32,000 bases of DNA from Geotalea daltonii FRC-32 (GCF_000022265.1 NC_011979.1:3270001-3302000); one strand, 5' to 3'. Positions 10,238-17,234 are shown, counted from the stretch's first letter. The notes: generated from the sequence alone by a model not told the origin. Numbers and translations are program-made.

Positions 10238-13156
10238 CTATTTCAACCCGATGAAGACAGTGCCTGCAGTGAGGGCAATCTGTGAAATGATGGTCGTAAT
10301 GTCCTTGATATCCCTGAGCCAGGCCGTGCGCTCAAGTTTCTGGGGCACAACCAGTGTGTCCCCCGGATTCATGGGCTTTGACATGAAGCTGCCGAAGCTC
10401 CAGCTTTTGTCGTCTTCATTCCAGCGGATGCCGAACCGTGATTGCTGGCGGCTGTCTACAGAACCGTCAGCTTTTATGATGTACATGTCGTCTTCCTCTG
10501 CATCATGGTTCGGCCCGCCAGCTTGCCTGAGATATGCCGAAACCGTATTGCCGGGAAGATGGACAAATGTGGTCGGGTTGTAAACTTGGCCCATGACATT
10601 GACGACGCTGGGTACAGGTGGGACTTCGAGTACATCTCCCCCGGACATCTCCAGATTGTAGGGAGTTTGTGGCAGCTCATTCAGGGCTACCAGGTGCACC
10701 ACCACACGCCCCTCCGCCTTTTTCAGCTTTAACTGCTCAAGGTTCTTCTGCAGTCCTTCCAGGGAAGCCTTGGTTGCCTCCAGCTCTTCTTTCGATGCTG
10801 CCAGTGACGCCAATTCACCCTGTTTCTTGACAATGTCCTGCTCGCTACGGGAAATAACTTCTTCCATTCGCTTTTGCTGGCTCTCCTGGACCGATTTCCT
10901 GGTGAACTTTGCGCCTTTCAGATAGGCTTCATCCGTAAAGCCCCCAGCCCTCTTAATGACGGAATCGAGCTTTTCCCCTTTGGCTATGGAATAGATGCCC
11001 GGAAAGCGGAACTCACCTTTCAAGGTCACGAACCGGTCGTCGGTATCCAGCCATTCAGGAATGGATCTCACGCTGAGGACATCATCCGCCTCTAGCACTA
11101 AATTGTGCTCCGGATCGTCTGCCAAGGCGAATTTCAGGTTGACAATCTTCCGCTTCACCTGTGCCCGCCCCCCTTCGACCCTGACCCGGGTCAGCTCGGC
11201 GTTCTCAAGATGTGCGTTTCTCTTTGGACTACCGGCAGCAGTAACCAGGTCTCTGACAGTCATTCGCGGATAATAGTCATAGGTGCCGGGATTCAATACC
11301 TGCCCATTGATGGCGACGACCGGTTTTTCTTCCATCTCGGAACGGGGAAAGACCTTGATGGAGTCCTGCTCCAGGAGCAGGATGTTCTCTTTTTCTTCTC
11401 CTTGCAAAGCCAGGCGCAAGTTTATGGATGATGTCTCTTTGTGGAAATCGGGAGGCACCACTCGAAGGATCTCGATCGATTCCATATAGGAATCCGGCAG
11501 AACAGCAGCAAATGAGGGTATCAGATCGGTGATCCTCATTCCTTCCCGGTACTGATACTCCCCGGGGCGCACCACATTCCCCTTGAGAGTAACCACGCGG
11601 CGCAGCGCCTTGAACACAGGGAATACCTTGATCATATCCTGGTCGTGCATATGGATGCTATTCAAGTCAAGAACCTGCTGGCCAGGCTTGGCCTCGTAAT
11701 CCTGCACTACCCTGGCATGGTTTCCCTCAAACCTTTCAACCTGTACCCTGGCAGTGTCTCCGGCGGCGGTGATCCCCCCGGCGAATTGCAGCACCTGGGA
11801 CAGGCTTGTCTTGCCAAGGAGTTCATAAATGCCAGGGCGTTTTATTTCACCAGCAACGGCAGCTACAGGCCCGATCACCGGCACCAGCAAGGTATCCCCG
11901 TTTTCCAGCCGAAGATCCTTGCTGCGGTCTCCGCCAAGAAGCATGTCATACAGATCAACTTCTTGTATCAGCTTGCCCCCCCTTAGCAGACGCACAGTGC
12001 GCAGACTGCCGTTTTTCGAGGGGCCACCTGCCTGGGAAAGGGCATTTATTACCGTGGCCAGGGAACTGACGGAATAGGTGCCGGGGGACACGACTTCGCC
12101 AACTACGTATACCTGAATGGTCCTGAGTTTACCCAGAGTTACGTTGAGCTCGTAACCCTTGAAATAGCGTGAAACAGCCTTATTGATGACTTCCTTTGCC
12201 TGGGCATAGTCGATCCCCCAAACCTTTACAGTACCGATTTTAGGCAGGGTGATTTCACCGTTACGGTCGACAACCACATCGTACTTGCCCTGCAGTGTAC
12301 CCCACAGATCGATCCGCAGGGAATCGCCAGGACCGATGATATAATCCCCACCCACGGGAAGGTTATCGCTCATGGTCAAAGTGGCAAGGCTGTTTTCGAA
12401 GAAATCATAGCCGAACTGCTTCAACTCTCTTTTGAAAGGATCAGCTTCAAGATTATCCTGGAAAGTACTTACTTTTTTGGCAAAAGATTTTTCCAGTTGG
12501 GATCCCTGTTCTCCGACAGGAAGCGGGATTGCCTTGACCTCGTTGGAAAAAACAACCTGCTCAGCCGGTTTTTCTTCCGCCTCCTCTGATTCCTGTCGAA
12601 GCTGGACGGTTCCCTGAACTTTGACATAATAAATATAATTGTTGATGAGTCCGCGAAGCGTGTATTCCCGAACACTGCCAATCTCGATTTTCTTTTCATA
12701 GCGACCCGGCTCAAGGCCATAAAACAGGGTAAACTTGACCGGTGCATCGCCAGGTTTCGCCTGCAAGCCCTTCACGTCCCAGTTGAGTCGAACCAATCCG
12801 TCGCCGGGTTCAACCTTGAGAAATACTTTTGGCTTTTTGGCTGCAAGCTCTTTGGCCTTATCTTTATCCTTAAGAAGATTTGCTTTCTCTGCAAGATTCC
12901 GCTGGTCACCAAAGGTGTCTTTGTTGAGCAGGCCTCTTTCAGCTTCGCTGGAGGATCCCGTGTTGGAAAATCCTTTGCTGGAGAATCCCGAGGTGGGCTC
13001 GTTAAGCTCCCCCAAGGGTGTACCTTTCTTTGTTTCGCCGATAAAAACGCCCTGATCCTCGTTCTGCTTCGCTTCATCCACAGACAGGGCGAACGCCGGC
13101 ATGGAACAAATCGAAATCAGCAATGCCGCAATAAAACCTAAAATCTTCTTTTTCAT
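10238..13156 (-). CDS. outer-membrane/periplasmic polysaccharide export protein (Wza/OPX family) with N-terminal FN3-like domain and multiple SLBB repeats
   Basis: 972 aa with a signal peptide. The Poly_export motif is IIGPGDSLRIDLWG...NGEITLPKIGTVKVWG. About six SLBB-type repeats end in GDxxxVP-like motifs (GDTLLVPV, DMIKVFPV, DSIKVFPR, DDVLSVRSIP, GDVLEVPPVP, GDTLVVPQ). Confidence 0.85.
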   Translation of the reverse strand: MKKKILGFIAALLISICSMPAFALSVDEAKQNEDQGVFIGETKKGTPLGELNEPTSGFSSKGFSNTGSSSEAERGLLNKDTFGDQRNLAEKANLLKDKDKAKELAAKKPKVFLKVEPGDGLVRLNWDVKGLQAKPGDAPVKFTLFYGLEPGRYEKKIEIGSVREYTLRGLINNYIYYVKVQGTVQLRQESEEAEEKPAEQVVFSNEVKAIPLPVGEQGSQLEKSFAKKVSTFQDNLEADPFKRELKQFGYDFFENSLATLTMSDNLPVGGDYIIGPGDSLRIDLWGTLQGKYDVVVDRNGEITLPKIGTVKVWGIDYAQAKEVINKAVSRYFKGYELNVTLGKLRTIQVYVVGEVVSPGTYSVSSLATVINALSQAGGPSKNGSLRTVRLLRGGKLIQEVDLYDMLLGGDRSKDLRLENGDTLLVPVIGPVAAVAGEIKRPGIYELLGKTSLSQVLQFAGGITAAGDTARVQVERFEGNHARVVQDYEAKPGQQVLDLNSIHMHDQDMIKVFPVFKALRRVVTLKGNVVRPGEYQYREGMRITDLIPSFAAVLPDSYMESIEILRVVPPDFHKETSSINLRLALQGEEKENILLLEQDSIKVFPRSEMEEKPVVAINGQVLNPGTYDYYPRMTVRDLVTAAGSPKRNAHLENAELTRVRVEGGRAQVKRKIVNLKFALADDPEHNLVLEADDVLSVRSIPEWLDTDDRFVTLKGEFRFPGIYSIAKGEKLDSVIKRAGGFTDEAYLKGAKFTRKSVQESQQKRMEEVISRSEQDIVKKQGELASLAASKEELEATKASLEGLQKNLEQLKLKKAEGRVVVHLVALNELPQTPYNLEMSGGDVLEVPPVPSVVNVMGQVYNPTTFVHLPGNTVSAYLRQAGGPNHDAEEDDMYIIKADGSVDSRQQSRFGIRWNEDDKSWSFGSFMSKPMNPGDTLVVPQKLERTAWLRDIKDITTIISQIALTAGTVFIGLK

Positions 13157-13196
13157 CCTCTGATTCCTGAACTAAAAGTAGTAGCGACGCCAAAGC

Positions 13197-13230
13197 AAAA
13201 AAAAACAGCAATCCCCAATGGAGGTTACTG
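13197..13230 (-). terminator. Rho-independent terminator after tRNA-Glu
   Basis: The minus strand reads CAGTAACCTCCATTGGGGATTGCTG followed by T9. The stem is 11 positions (10 paired, incl. two G-U; one mismatch) with a 3-nt loop, and it starts 10 nt after the tRNA 3' end. Confidence 0.7.
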
Positions 13231-13239
13231 TTCAATAAT

Positions 13240-13314
13240 TGGTGATCCCAAGGGGACTTGAACCCCTGTTACCGACGTGAAAGGCCGGTGTCCTAACCGC
13301 TAGACGATGGGACC
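13240..13314 (-). tRNA. tRNA-Glu (anticodon UUC), CCA encoded
   Basis: The reverse complement GGTCCCATCGTCTAGCGGTTAGGACACCGGCCTTTCACGTCGGTAACAGGGGTTCAAGTCCCCTTGGGATCACCA folds as a cloverleaf. The anticodon loop is CTTTCAC. Confidence 0.95.
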
Positions 13315-13373
13315 TGAGAATAAGTGTCTGCTGAATTGTGAATGAAGAACGATTCTCAAAAACATTTATATCC

Positions 13374-13401
13374 CTCTCACACTTCACTTTTCACGCTTCA
13401 C
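13374..13401 (-). repeat. tandem heptanucleotide repeat (GTGARNN)x4 in the tRNA-Gln/tRNA-Glu spacer
   Basis: The sense (minus) strand reads GTGAAGC GTGAAAA GTGAAGT GTGAGAG. The plus strand reads CTCTCAC ACTTCAC TTTTCAC GCTTCAC. Confidence 0.85.
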
Positions 13402-13418
13402 TCTTGTTTATCTTTAGA

Positions 13419-13492
13419 TGGCTGGGGTGCAAGGATTCGAACCTTGGATGACGGAGTCAGAGTCCGTTGCCTTACCGCTTGGCGACACCCCA
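13419..13492 (-). tRNA. tRNA-Gln (anticodon CUG), CCA encoded
   Basis: The reverse complement TGGGGTGTCGCCAAGCGGTAAGGCAACGGACTCTGACTCCGTCATCCAAGGTTCGAATCCTTGCACCCCAGCCA folds as a cloverleaf. The anticodon loop is CTCTGAC. Confidence 0.95.
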
Positions 13493-13504
13493 ACATGAAC
13501 GCCT

Positions 13505-13534
13505 TATATAGCAGATTCAGGTTGCGCCCGTCAA
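13505..13534 (-). promoter_or_regulatory. candidate sigma-70 promoter of the tRNA-Gln/tRNA-Glu operon
   Basis: The minus strand has TTGACG (13534-13529), a 17/18-nt spacer, then CTATAT/TATATA (13511-13505). It ends about 13 nt before the tRNA 5' end. An A/T-rich UP-like tract (AATTTAAAAATGCTGAAAATTG) lies upstream. Confidence 0.5.
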
Positions 13535-13572
13535 CAATTTTCAGCATTTTTAAATTGGTCAGCAGAACAGCG

Positions 13573-14112
13573 CTATCTGGCTTTCCGGGCGCCAGCTTCA
13601 ATGGCCTTGATGTTGGCTGGTATGAAGCGATGGTTCCTTTCCGGCAGTACTTCCTTGAGCCCGGCCTCAAGAGCGGAAAGGGATACGGCACCGGATTTTT
13701 CCACATAGGCGCCAAGTCCCACCATGTTCACCATTCTTGCATCGCCAAGTTCAATGGCAATGTCATTCATGGGAATTTCAATGATGTTGATATCGGAACG
13801 GTGAAAGTCTTCAGTGCTGACCAGGCTGGAATTGACGATGCAGACCCCGCCGGGTTTGACCTTGGCGCCATATTTATCCAGTGACGACTGGTTTAGAACG
13901 ATCATAAAGGAAGGAGTACCTATGATAGGCGAGCCCACATCGCCGTCGGCGATGACAACGGTACACATGGCTGCACCACCACGCTTTTCTACACCATAGG
14001 AAGGGAAGAAAGAAACGTTCCTGCCTTCGATGATGGCAGCATAGGCAAGCAGATTGCCTGCTAGAAGGGCACCCTGTCCGCCAAATCCGGATATGAATAC
14101 GTCCTGTCGCAT
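13573..14112 (-). CDS. korC: 2-oxoacid:ferredoxin oxidoreductase gamma subunit
   Basis: 179 aa. FGGQGALLAGNLLAYAAIIEGRNVSFFPSYGVEKRGGAAMCTVVIAD is the typical POR/KOR gamma domain. Confidence 0.9.
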   Translation of the reverse strand: MRQDVFISGFGGQGALLAGNLLAYAAIIEGRNVSFFPSYGVEKRGGAAMCTVVIADGDVGSPIIGTPSFMIVLNQSSLDKYGAKVKPGGVCIVNSSLVSTEDFHRSDINIIEIPMNDIAIELGDARMVNMVGLGAYVEKSGAVSLSALEAGLKEVLPERNHRFIPANIKAIEAGARKAR

Positions 14113-14123
14113 GAAGATACTCC

Positions 14124-14867
14124 CTACAAGTTGGCGGTGTTCTTGTAAACACCCAGCTTGAAATATTCACTCATTTCAGTTCCGACCCGTTCATTGGCTG
14201 CAAGAGGATTCATCCCCCAATTGGTCGGGCAGGCGGAAAGAACCTCGACGAATGAGAAACCTTTTCCCTCCACCTGGTATTGGAAGGCCTTCTGTATCTG
14301 TTTTTTTGCATCCATCAGGTTCTTTGGGGAGTTAACCGCCACTCTGGCGGAAAAGGCGACCCCCTCCAATTGGGCCAGAAGTTCGGCCATTCTGATGGGG
14401 GCGCCATCCTTGGCCTTGTTTCTGCCATAGGGTGAAGTGGAGGTTTTCTGTCCTACAAGTGTCGTCGGAGCCATCTGTCCTCCGGTCATACCGTAGGTGG
14501 TATTGTTGACGAAAAAAACGGTGAGATCTTCACCGCGGTTGGCTGCGTGAATAATTTCTGCAGTGCCGATGGCTGCCAGGTCACCATCCCCCTGATAGGT
14601 AAAGACAAAGTTTTCCGGCTTGGCCCGCTTTACGCCTGTGGCAACGGCTGAAGCCCGGCCGTGGGGAGCTTCGACCACATCCACATCGAAATATCCGTAG
14701 AGAAAAACCGAGCAACCGACAGATGCAACGCCGATGGTCTTGTCCTGTACCGCAAACTTGTCAATCGCTTCGGCAACCAGGCGATGGATGGTCCCATGAT
14801 GGCAGCCGGAGCAGAAATGGGTCTGTACATCCTTCAGACTTGCCGGTCTTTTGAAAACCTGCTGCAT
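14124..14867 (-). CDS. korB: 2-oxoacid:ferredoxin oxidoreductase beta subunit (TPP-binding)
   Basis: 247 aa. N-terminal FCSGCHHG, and TPP motif GDGDLAAIG...NNTTYGMTGGQ. Confidence 0.93.
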   Translation of the reverse strand: MQQVFKRPASLKDVQTHFCSGCHHGTIHRLVAEAIDKFAVQDKTIGVASVGCSVFLYGYFDVDVVEAPHGRASAVATGVKRAKPENFVFTYQGDGDLAAIGTAEIIHAANRGEDLTVFFVNNTTYGMTGGQMAPTTLVGQKTSTSPYGRNKAKDGAPIRMAELLAQLEGVAFSARVAVNSPKNLMDAKKQIQKAFQYQVEGKGFSFVEVLSACPTNWGMNPLAANERVGTEMSEYFKLGVYKNTANL

Positions 14868-14883
14868 AATAATCCTCGTAAAA

Positions 14884-14925
14884 AGTTCGAAGTTAGAGGT
14901 TCAAGGTTCGGAGTTCGAGGTTTGC
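14884..14925 (-). repeat. tandem heptanucleotide repeat, six units, sense consensus YYGAACY
   Basis: Plus-strand units are AGTTCGA AGTTAGA GGTTCAA GGTTCGG AGTTCGA GGTTTGC. Sense-strand units are GCAAACC TCGAACT CCGAACC TTGAACC TCTAACT TCGAACT. Confidence 0.85.
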
Positions 14926-14966
14926 CCCTCACCAATCACCAATCACCAATCACCAATCACCGATCA
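14925..14966 (-). repeat. tandem heptanucleotide repeat (TGATTGG)n, six units with a four-unit perfect core; the first unit contains the korA stop codon
   Basis: The sense (minus) strand reads TGATCGG TGATTGG TGATTGG TGATTGG TGATTGG TGAGGGG. The TGA of unit 1 (14966-14964) is the korA stop. Confidence 0.95.
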
Positions 14967-16019
14967 ATAATGTTTCTTGATCTGTTCCAGCAGCTCTTCC
15001 GGAGTAGGCAGCGACCCTGCACCTGGCGGTCTGCCATAAAAGCTGACTTCTGCATCTTTAGCCACGGAAAGCCTCACATCTTCAACCATCTGGCCGGTAT
15101 TCAGCTCCATGACCAACACTTTCTTGCAGGTTCTGGTCTGCTCAAGAAGCGCCTTCTCCGGAAACGGGAAAAGGGTTATGGGACGCAACAGCCCCACGTT
15201 AAGCCCTTCCGCCCTTGCCATCATGATGGCTGTCTTGGCAATTCTCGCCGTGGAGCCGAATGCCGAAATCAGCAGATTGGCGCCGGCAGTTTCGTATTCC
15301 TCCCAGCGAGCCTCCTGTTCCTTCAGCACCTGGTATTTGGCGTGGAGCTTCCAGTTATGGGCCTCCAGCTCACCATCTCCAAGAAAAAGGGATTTGACGA
15401 CACGCTGCTCTCCGCCCCCTTTGCCTCGCACAGCCCAATCTTTGGCTGGCAAATCCCGCACCGGCCTCTTGTTGGCCACAAGGCCTTCCTTCATCTGACC
15501 GATAACGGAGTCGGCAAGTATCATGGCCGGCATCCTGTACTGATCTGCCAGATCAAATGCGAGCATGGTAAGGTCATACATTTCCTGGACCGATGCCGGT
15601 GCGAGGACGACGACATGGTAGCCGCCATGACCTCCCCCTTTCACGCTCTGAAAGTAATCGGCCTGGGAAGCATCGATTCCCCCAAGGCCGGGGCCTGAAC
15701 GGGAAATATTAACGATGACGCCGGGAAGTTCTGAACCTGCCATGTATGATATTCCCTCCTGCTTGAGGGAAATTCCCGGGCTTGATGAGGATGTCATGGC
15801 CCTAACCCCGGTAGCCGAGGCGCCAAGGAGCATGTTGATGGAAGCGATTTCGCTCTCTGCCTGGATAAACTCGCCATCCAGCTTTGGCAGTTCACGTGAA
15901 AGATATTCAGGAATGTCACTCTGTGGCGTAATGGGATAACCGAAGTAATAGCGGCAGCCGGCCTCTATGGCAGCCATGGCCACTGCTTCGTTTCCTTTCA
16001 CAAAAAGACGCTTTGTCAA
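14964..16019 (-). CDS. korA: 2-oxoacid:ferredoxin oxidoreductase alpha subunit
   Basis: FVKGNEAVAMAAIEAGCRYYFGYPITPQSDI is the typical POR/KOR alpha N-terminus. The track ORF runs to 16145, but that 42-aa extension is Cys/Ser-rich junk overlapping korD. TTG at 16019 lies 5 nt after GGAGG (MTKRLFVKG), giving 351 aa. Confidence 0.92.
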   Translation of the reverse strand: MTKRLFVKGNEAVAMAAIEAGCRYYFGYPITPQSDIPEYLSRELPKLDGEFIQAESEIASINMLLGASATGVRAMTSSSSPGISLKQEGISYMAGSELPGVIVNISRSGPGLGGIDASQADYFQSVKGGGHGGYHVVVLAPASVQEMYDLTMLAFDLADQYRMPAMILADSVIGQMKEGLVANKRPVRDLPAKDWAVRGKGGGEQRVVKSLFLGDGELEAHNWKLHAKYQVLKEQEARWEEYETAGANLLISAFGSTARIAKTAIMMARAEGLNVGLLRPITLFPFPEKALLEQTRTCKKVLVMELNTGQMVEDVRLSVAKDAEVSFYGRPPGAGSLPTPEELLEQIKKHY

Positions 16020-16111
16020 AACTACCTCCGTTGTTAAACACGGGTGAGCAATTTCTGCAGATGAGAAACTGTGTATGAAACAGCTTGAACCGGGACTGGA
16101 AAGTCTATGGA

Positions 16112-16315
16112 TTATTTGAAGACGGCAATGGCAACATCGGGACAAATCTCACCACACAGTGCACAGCCTGTGCACTTGTCTGCTGAGGAAATGCGAGCAG
16201 GAGTATAGCCCTGATTGTTTATCTTGTCACATAAAGCGAGCAGCTTGTGCGGACATGCTATTGTGCACAGACCGCATCCTTTGCATCGTTGTTCGTCAAT
16301 CTTTATCATTGCCAT
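16112..16315 (-). CDS. korD: 2-oxoacid:ferredoxin oxidoreductase delta subunit (2x[4Fe-4S] ferredoxin)
   Basis: Two CxxCxxCxxxCP motifs are present (CKGCGLCTIACP and CTGCALCGEICP). ATG at 16315 follows AAGGGAAG. The track start is GTG 16336. Confidence 0.88.
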   Translation of the reverse strand: MAMIKIDEQRCKGCGLCTIACPHKLLALCDKINNQGYTPARISSADKCTGCALCGEICPDVAIAVFK

Positions 16316-16363
16316 GTGAAGTGCTTCCCTTGTCACTCAACGCTATGCTATCAGGAAGGCCAA

Positions 16364-16391
16364 ATTATCAGATATATCTCTGATCAGTCAA
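16364..16391 (-). promoter_or_regulatory. candidate sigma-70 promoter of korDABC with a palindrome in its spacer
   Basis: The minus strand has TTGACT (16391-16386), a 16-nt spacer, then GATAAT (16369-16364). The spacer holds the 16-bp near-palindrome TCAGAGATATATCTGA (16383-16368, 7 of 8 pairs). Confidence 0.5.
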
Positions 16392-16500
16392 CGCTTTTTA
16401 TTTATAAAGACCACCTTTTTTCTTGATTTAGAGAAATAATATAGTTAAATATAAAAACCTTGAATAAATATTCTCTTGTCTTGACAAAGGAGGAAGTAAA

Positions 16501-17043
16501 ATGGCCTCAACCTTATTGGAACTGACAGCAAGCATTGTTTCTTCACATGCATCAGTATCAGAGATGTCCAGTGAAGAACTGCTTGCAGAACTGCAGAAAG
16601 TTCACGCAGCACTGCAAAAATTGGAAGCACCGGCAGAAGCAGAATCGGAAAGCAAGGCTCCAGCCATCTCACTGAAAAAAGCATTCCAACCAGATCAAGT
16701 CTCCTGCATGATCTGCGGCAAAACCGGCATGAAGACCCTTGCCCGCCATCTGGCCCAGGTACATGACATGAAGCCGGGAGCATACAGAAAACAGTTTGGG
16801 ATCCCATCCTCCCAGGCGCTTACTGCCAAAAACTTCTCTGAAGCCAGAAGGAAAATGGCTCAGGACCGCGGCCTCGCCGACAACCTGGCCAAGGCTAGAG
16901 CCGTAAGAGCTGCCAAGATAAAGGCAAAAGCCGCAACCGAGGAAAAGGCAGCCAAACCGGCAAAAGCTGCCGCCAAAGCCGCTCCCAAAGCAGCCACAAA
17001 AAAGAAAACAGCAAAGATATCGGCAAAGGCAAAAAAACCCTGA
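16501..17043 (+). CDS. MucR/Ros-family zinc-finger transcriptional regulator with C-terminal Lys/Ala-rich (histone H1-like) tail
   Basis: Ros/MucR-type motif CMICGKTGMKTLARHLAQVH followed by GAYRKQFGIPSSQALTAKNFSEARRKMA. The last ~50 aa read AKIKAKAATEEKAAKPAKAAAKAAPKAATKKKTAKISAKAKKP. A strong RBS AAAGGAGGAAG precedes the ATG. Confidence 0.85.
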   Translation: MASTLLELTASIVSSHASVSEMSSEELLAELQKVHAALQKLEAPAEAESESKAPAISLKKAFQPDQVSCMICGKTGMKTLARHLAQVHDMKPGAYRKQFGIPSSQALTAKNFSEARRKMAQDRGLADNLAKARAVRAAKIKAKAATEEKAAKPAKAAAKAAPKAATKKKTAKISAKAKKP

Positions 17044-17056
17044 AAATTGCCCAAGC

Positions 17057-17091
17057 TCGGAACCCAGGCGTAATCGACGCCGGGGTTCCGA
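17057..17091 (+). terminator. possible mucR terminator hairpin (no clean T-tract)
   Basis: TCGGAACCC-A-GGCG-TAATCGA-CGCC-G-GGGTTCCGA, 9+4 bp, starting 14 nt after the stop. A weak second stem CTGC-CCA-GCAG plus TAGTTTTT follows at ~17097-17116. Confidence 0.4.
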
Positions 17092-17234
17092 CTGAAGCTG
17101 CCCAGCAGTAGTTTTTCAACAGTCAGTCACCCCCCATCTTGCCCATATAGATTCTCCCATTTCACCATCGTTCGGACACATTCCCAAACATCCACTTTCA
17201 ACTGCCATGGTTTTACGTCCTGGCTTGTTGTCAC

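Noticed and set aside
4589-13240. Genomic island integrated at tRNA-Glu
   Set aside because: No integrase, recombinase or transposase is present. I saw no direct repeat of the tRNA-Glu 3' end by eye, and the gene content is envelope or housekeeping. I cannot compute GC or codon deviation precisely here, so this rejection is weak.
13342-13884. 180-aa plus-strand ORF; similarly 31325-31516
   Set aside because: They run across tRNA genes (Gln; Arg/Pro) and antisense to korC. The tRNA cloverleaves explain the sequence.
14884-14966. Could the tandem repeats here and at 18300-18341 be a CRISPR array?
   Set aside because: The units are 7 nt and directly abutting with no spacers. There are no cas genes in the window. 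This is not CRISPR.
14661-15698. 345-aa plus-strand ORF
   Set aside because: It is antisense to korB/korA and runs through the heptad repeats (translated as PLTNHQSPITNH). It has no motifs, and the kor genes on the other strand are well supported.
16020-16145. N-terminal extensions offered by the ORF track: korA to 16145, glycine-zipper gene to 21020, CCA fusion to 23976, tex from 27999, bioB from 17279, vanZ to 9118
   Set aside because: Each extension overlaps the upstream gene or a promoter, lacks an RBS and has implausible composition. Downstream starts with good SD spacing give canonical N-termini.
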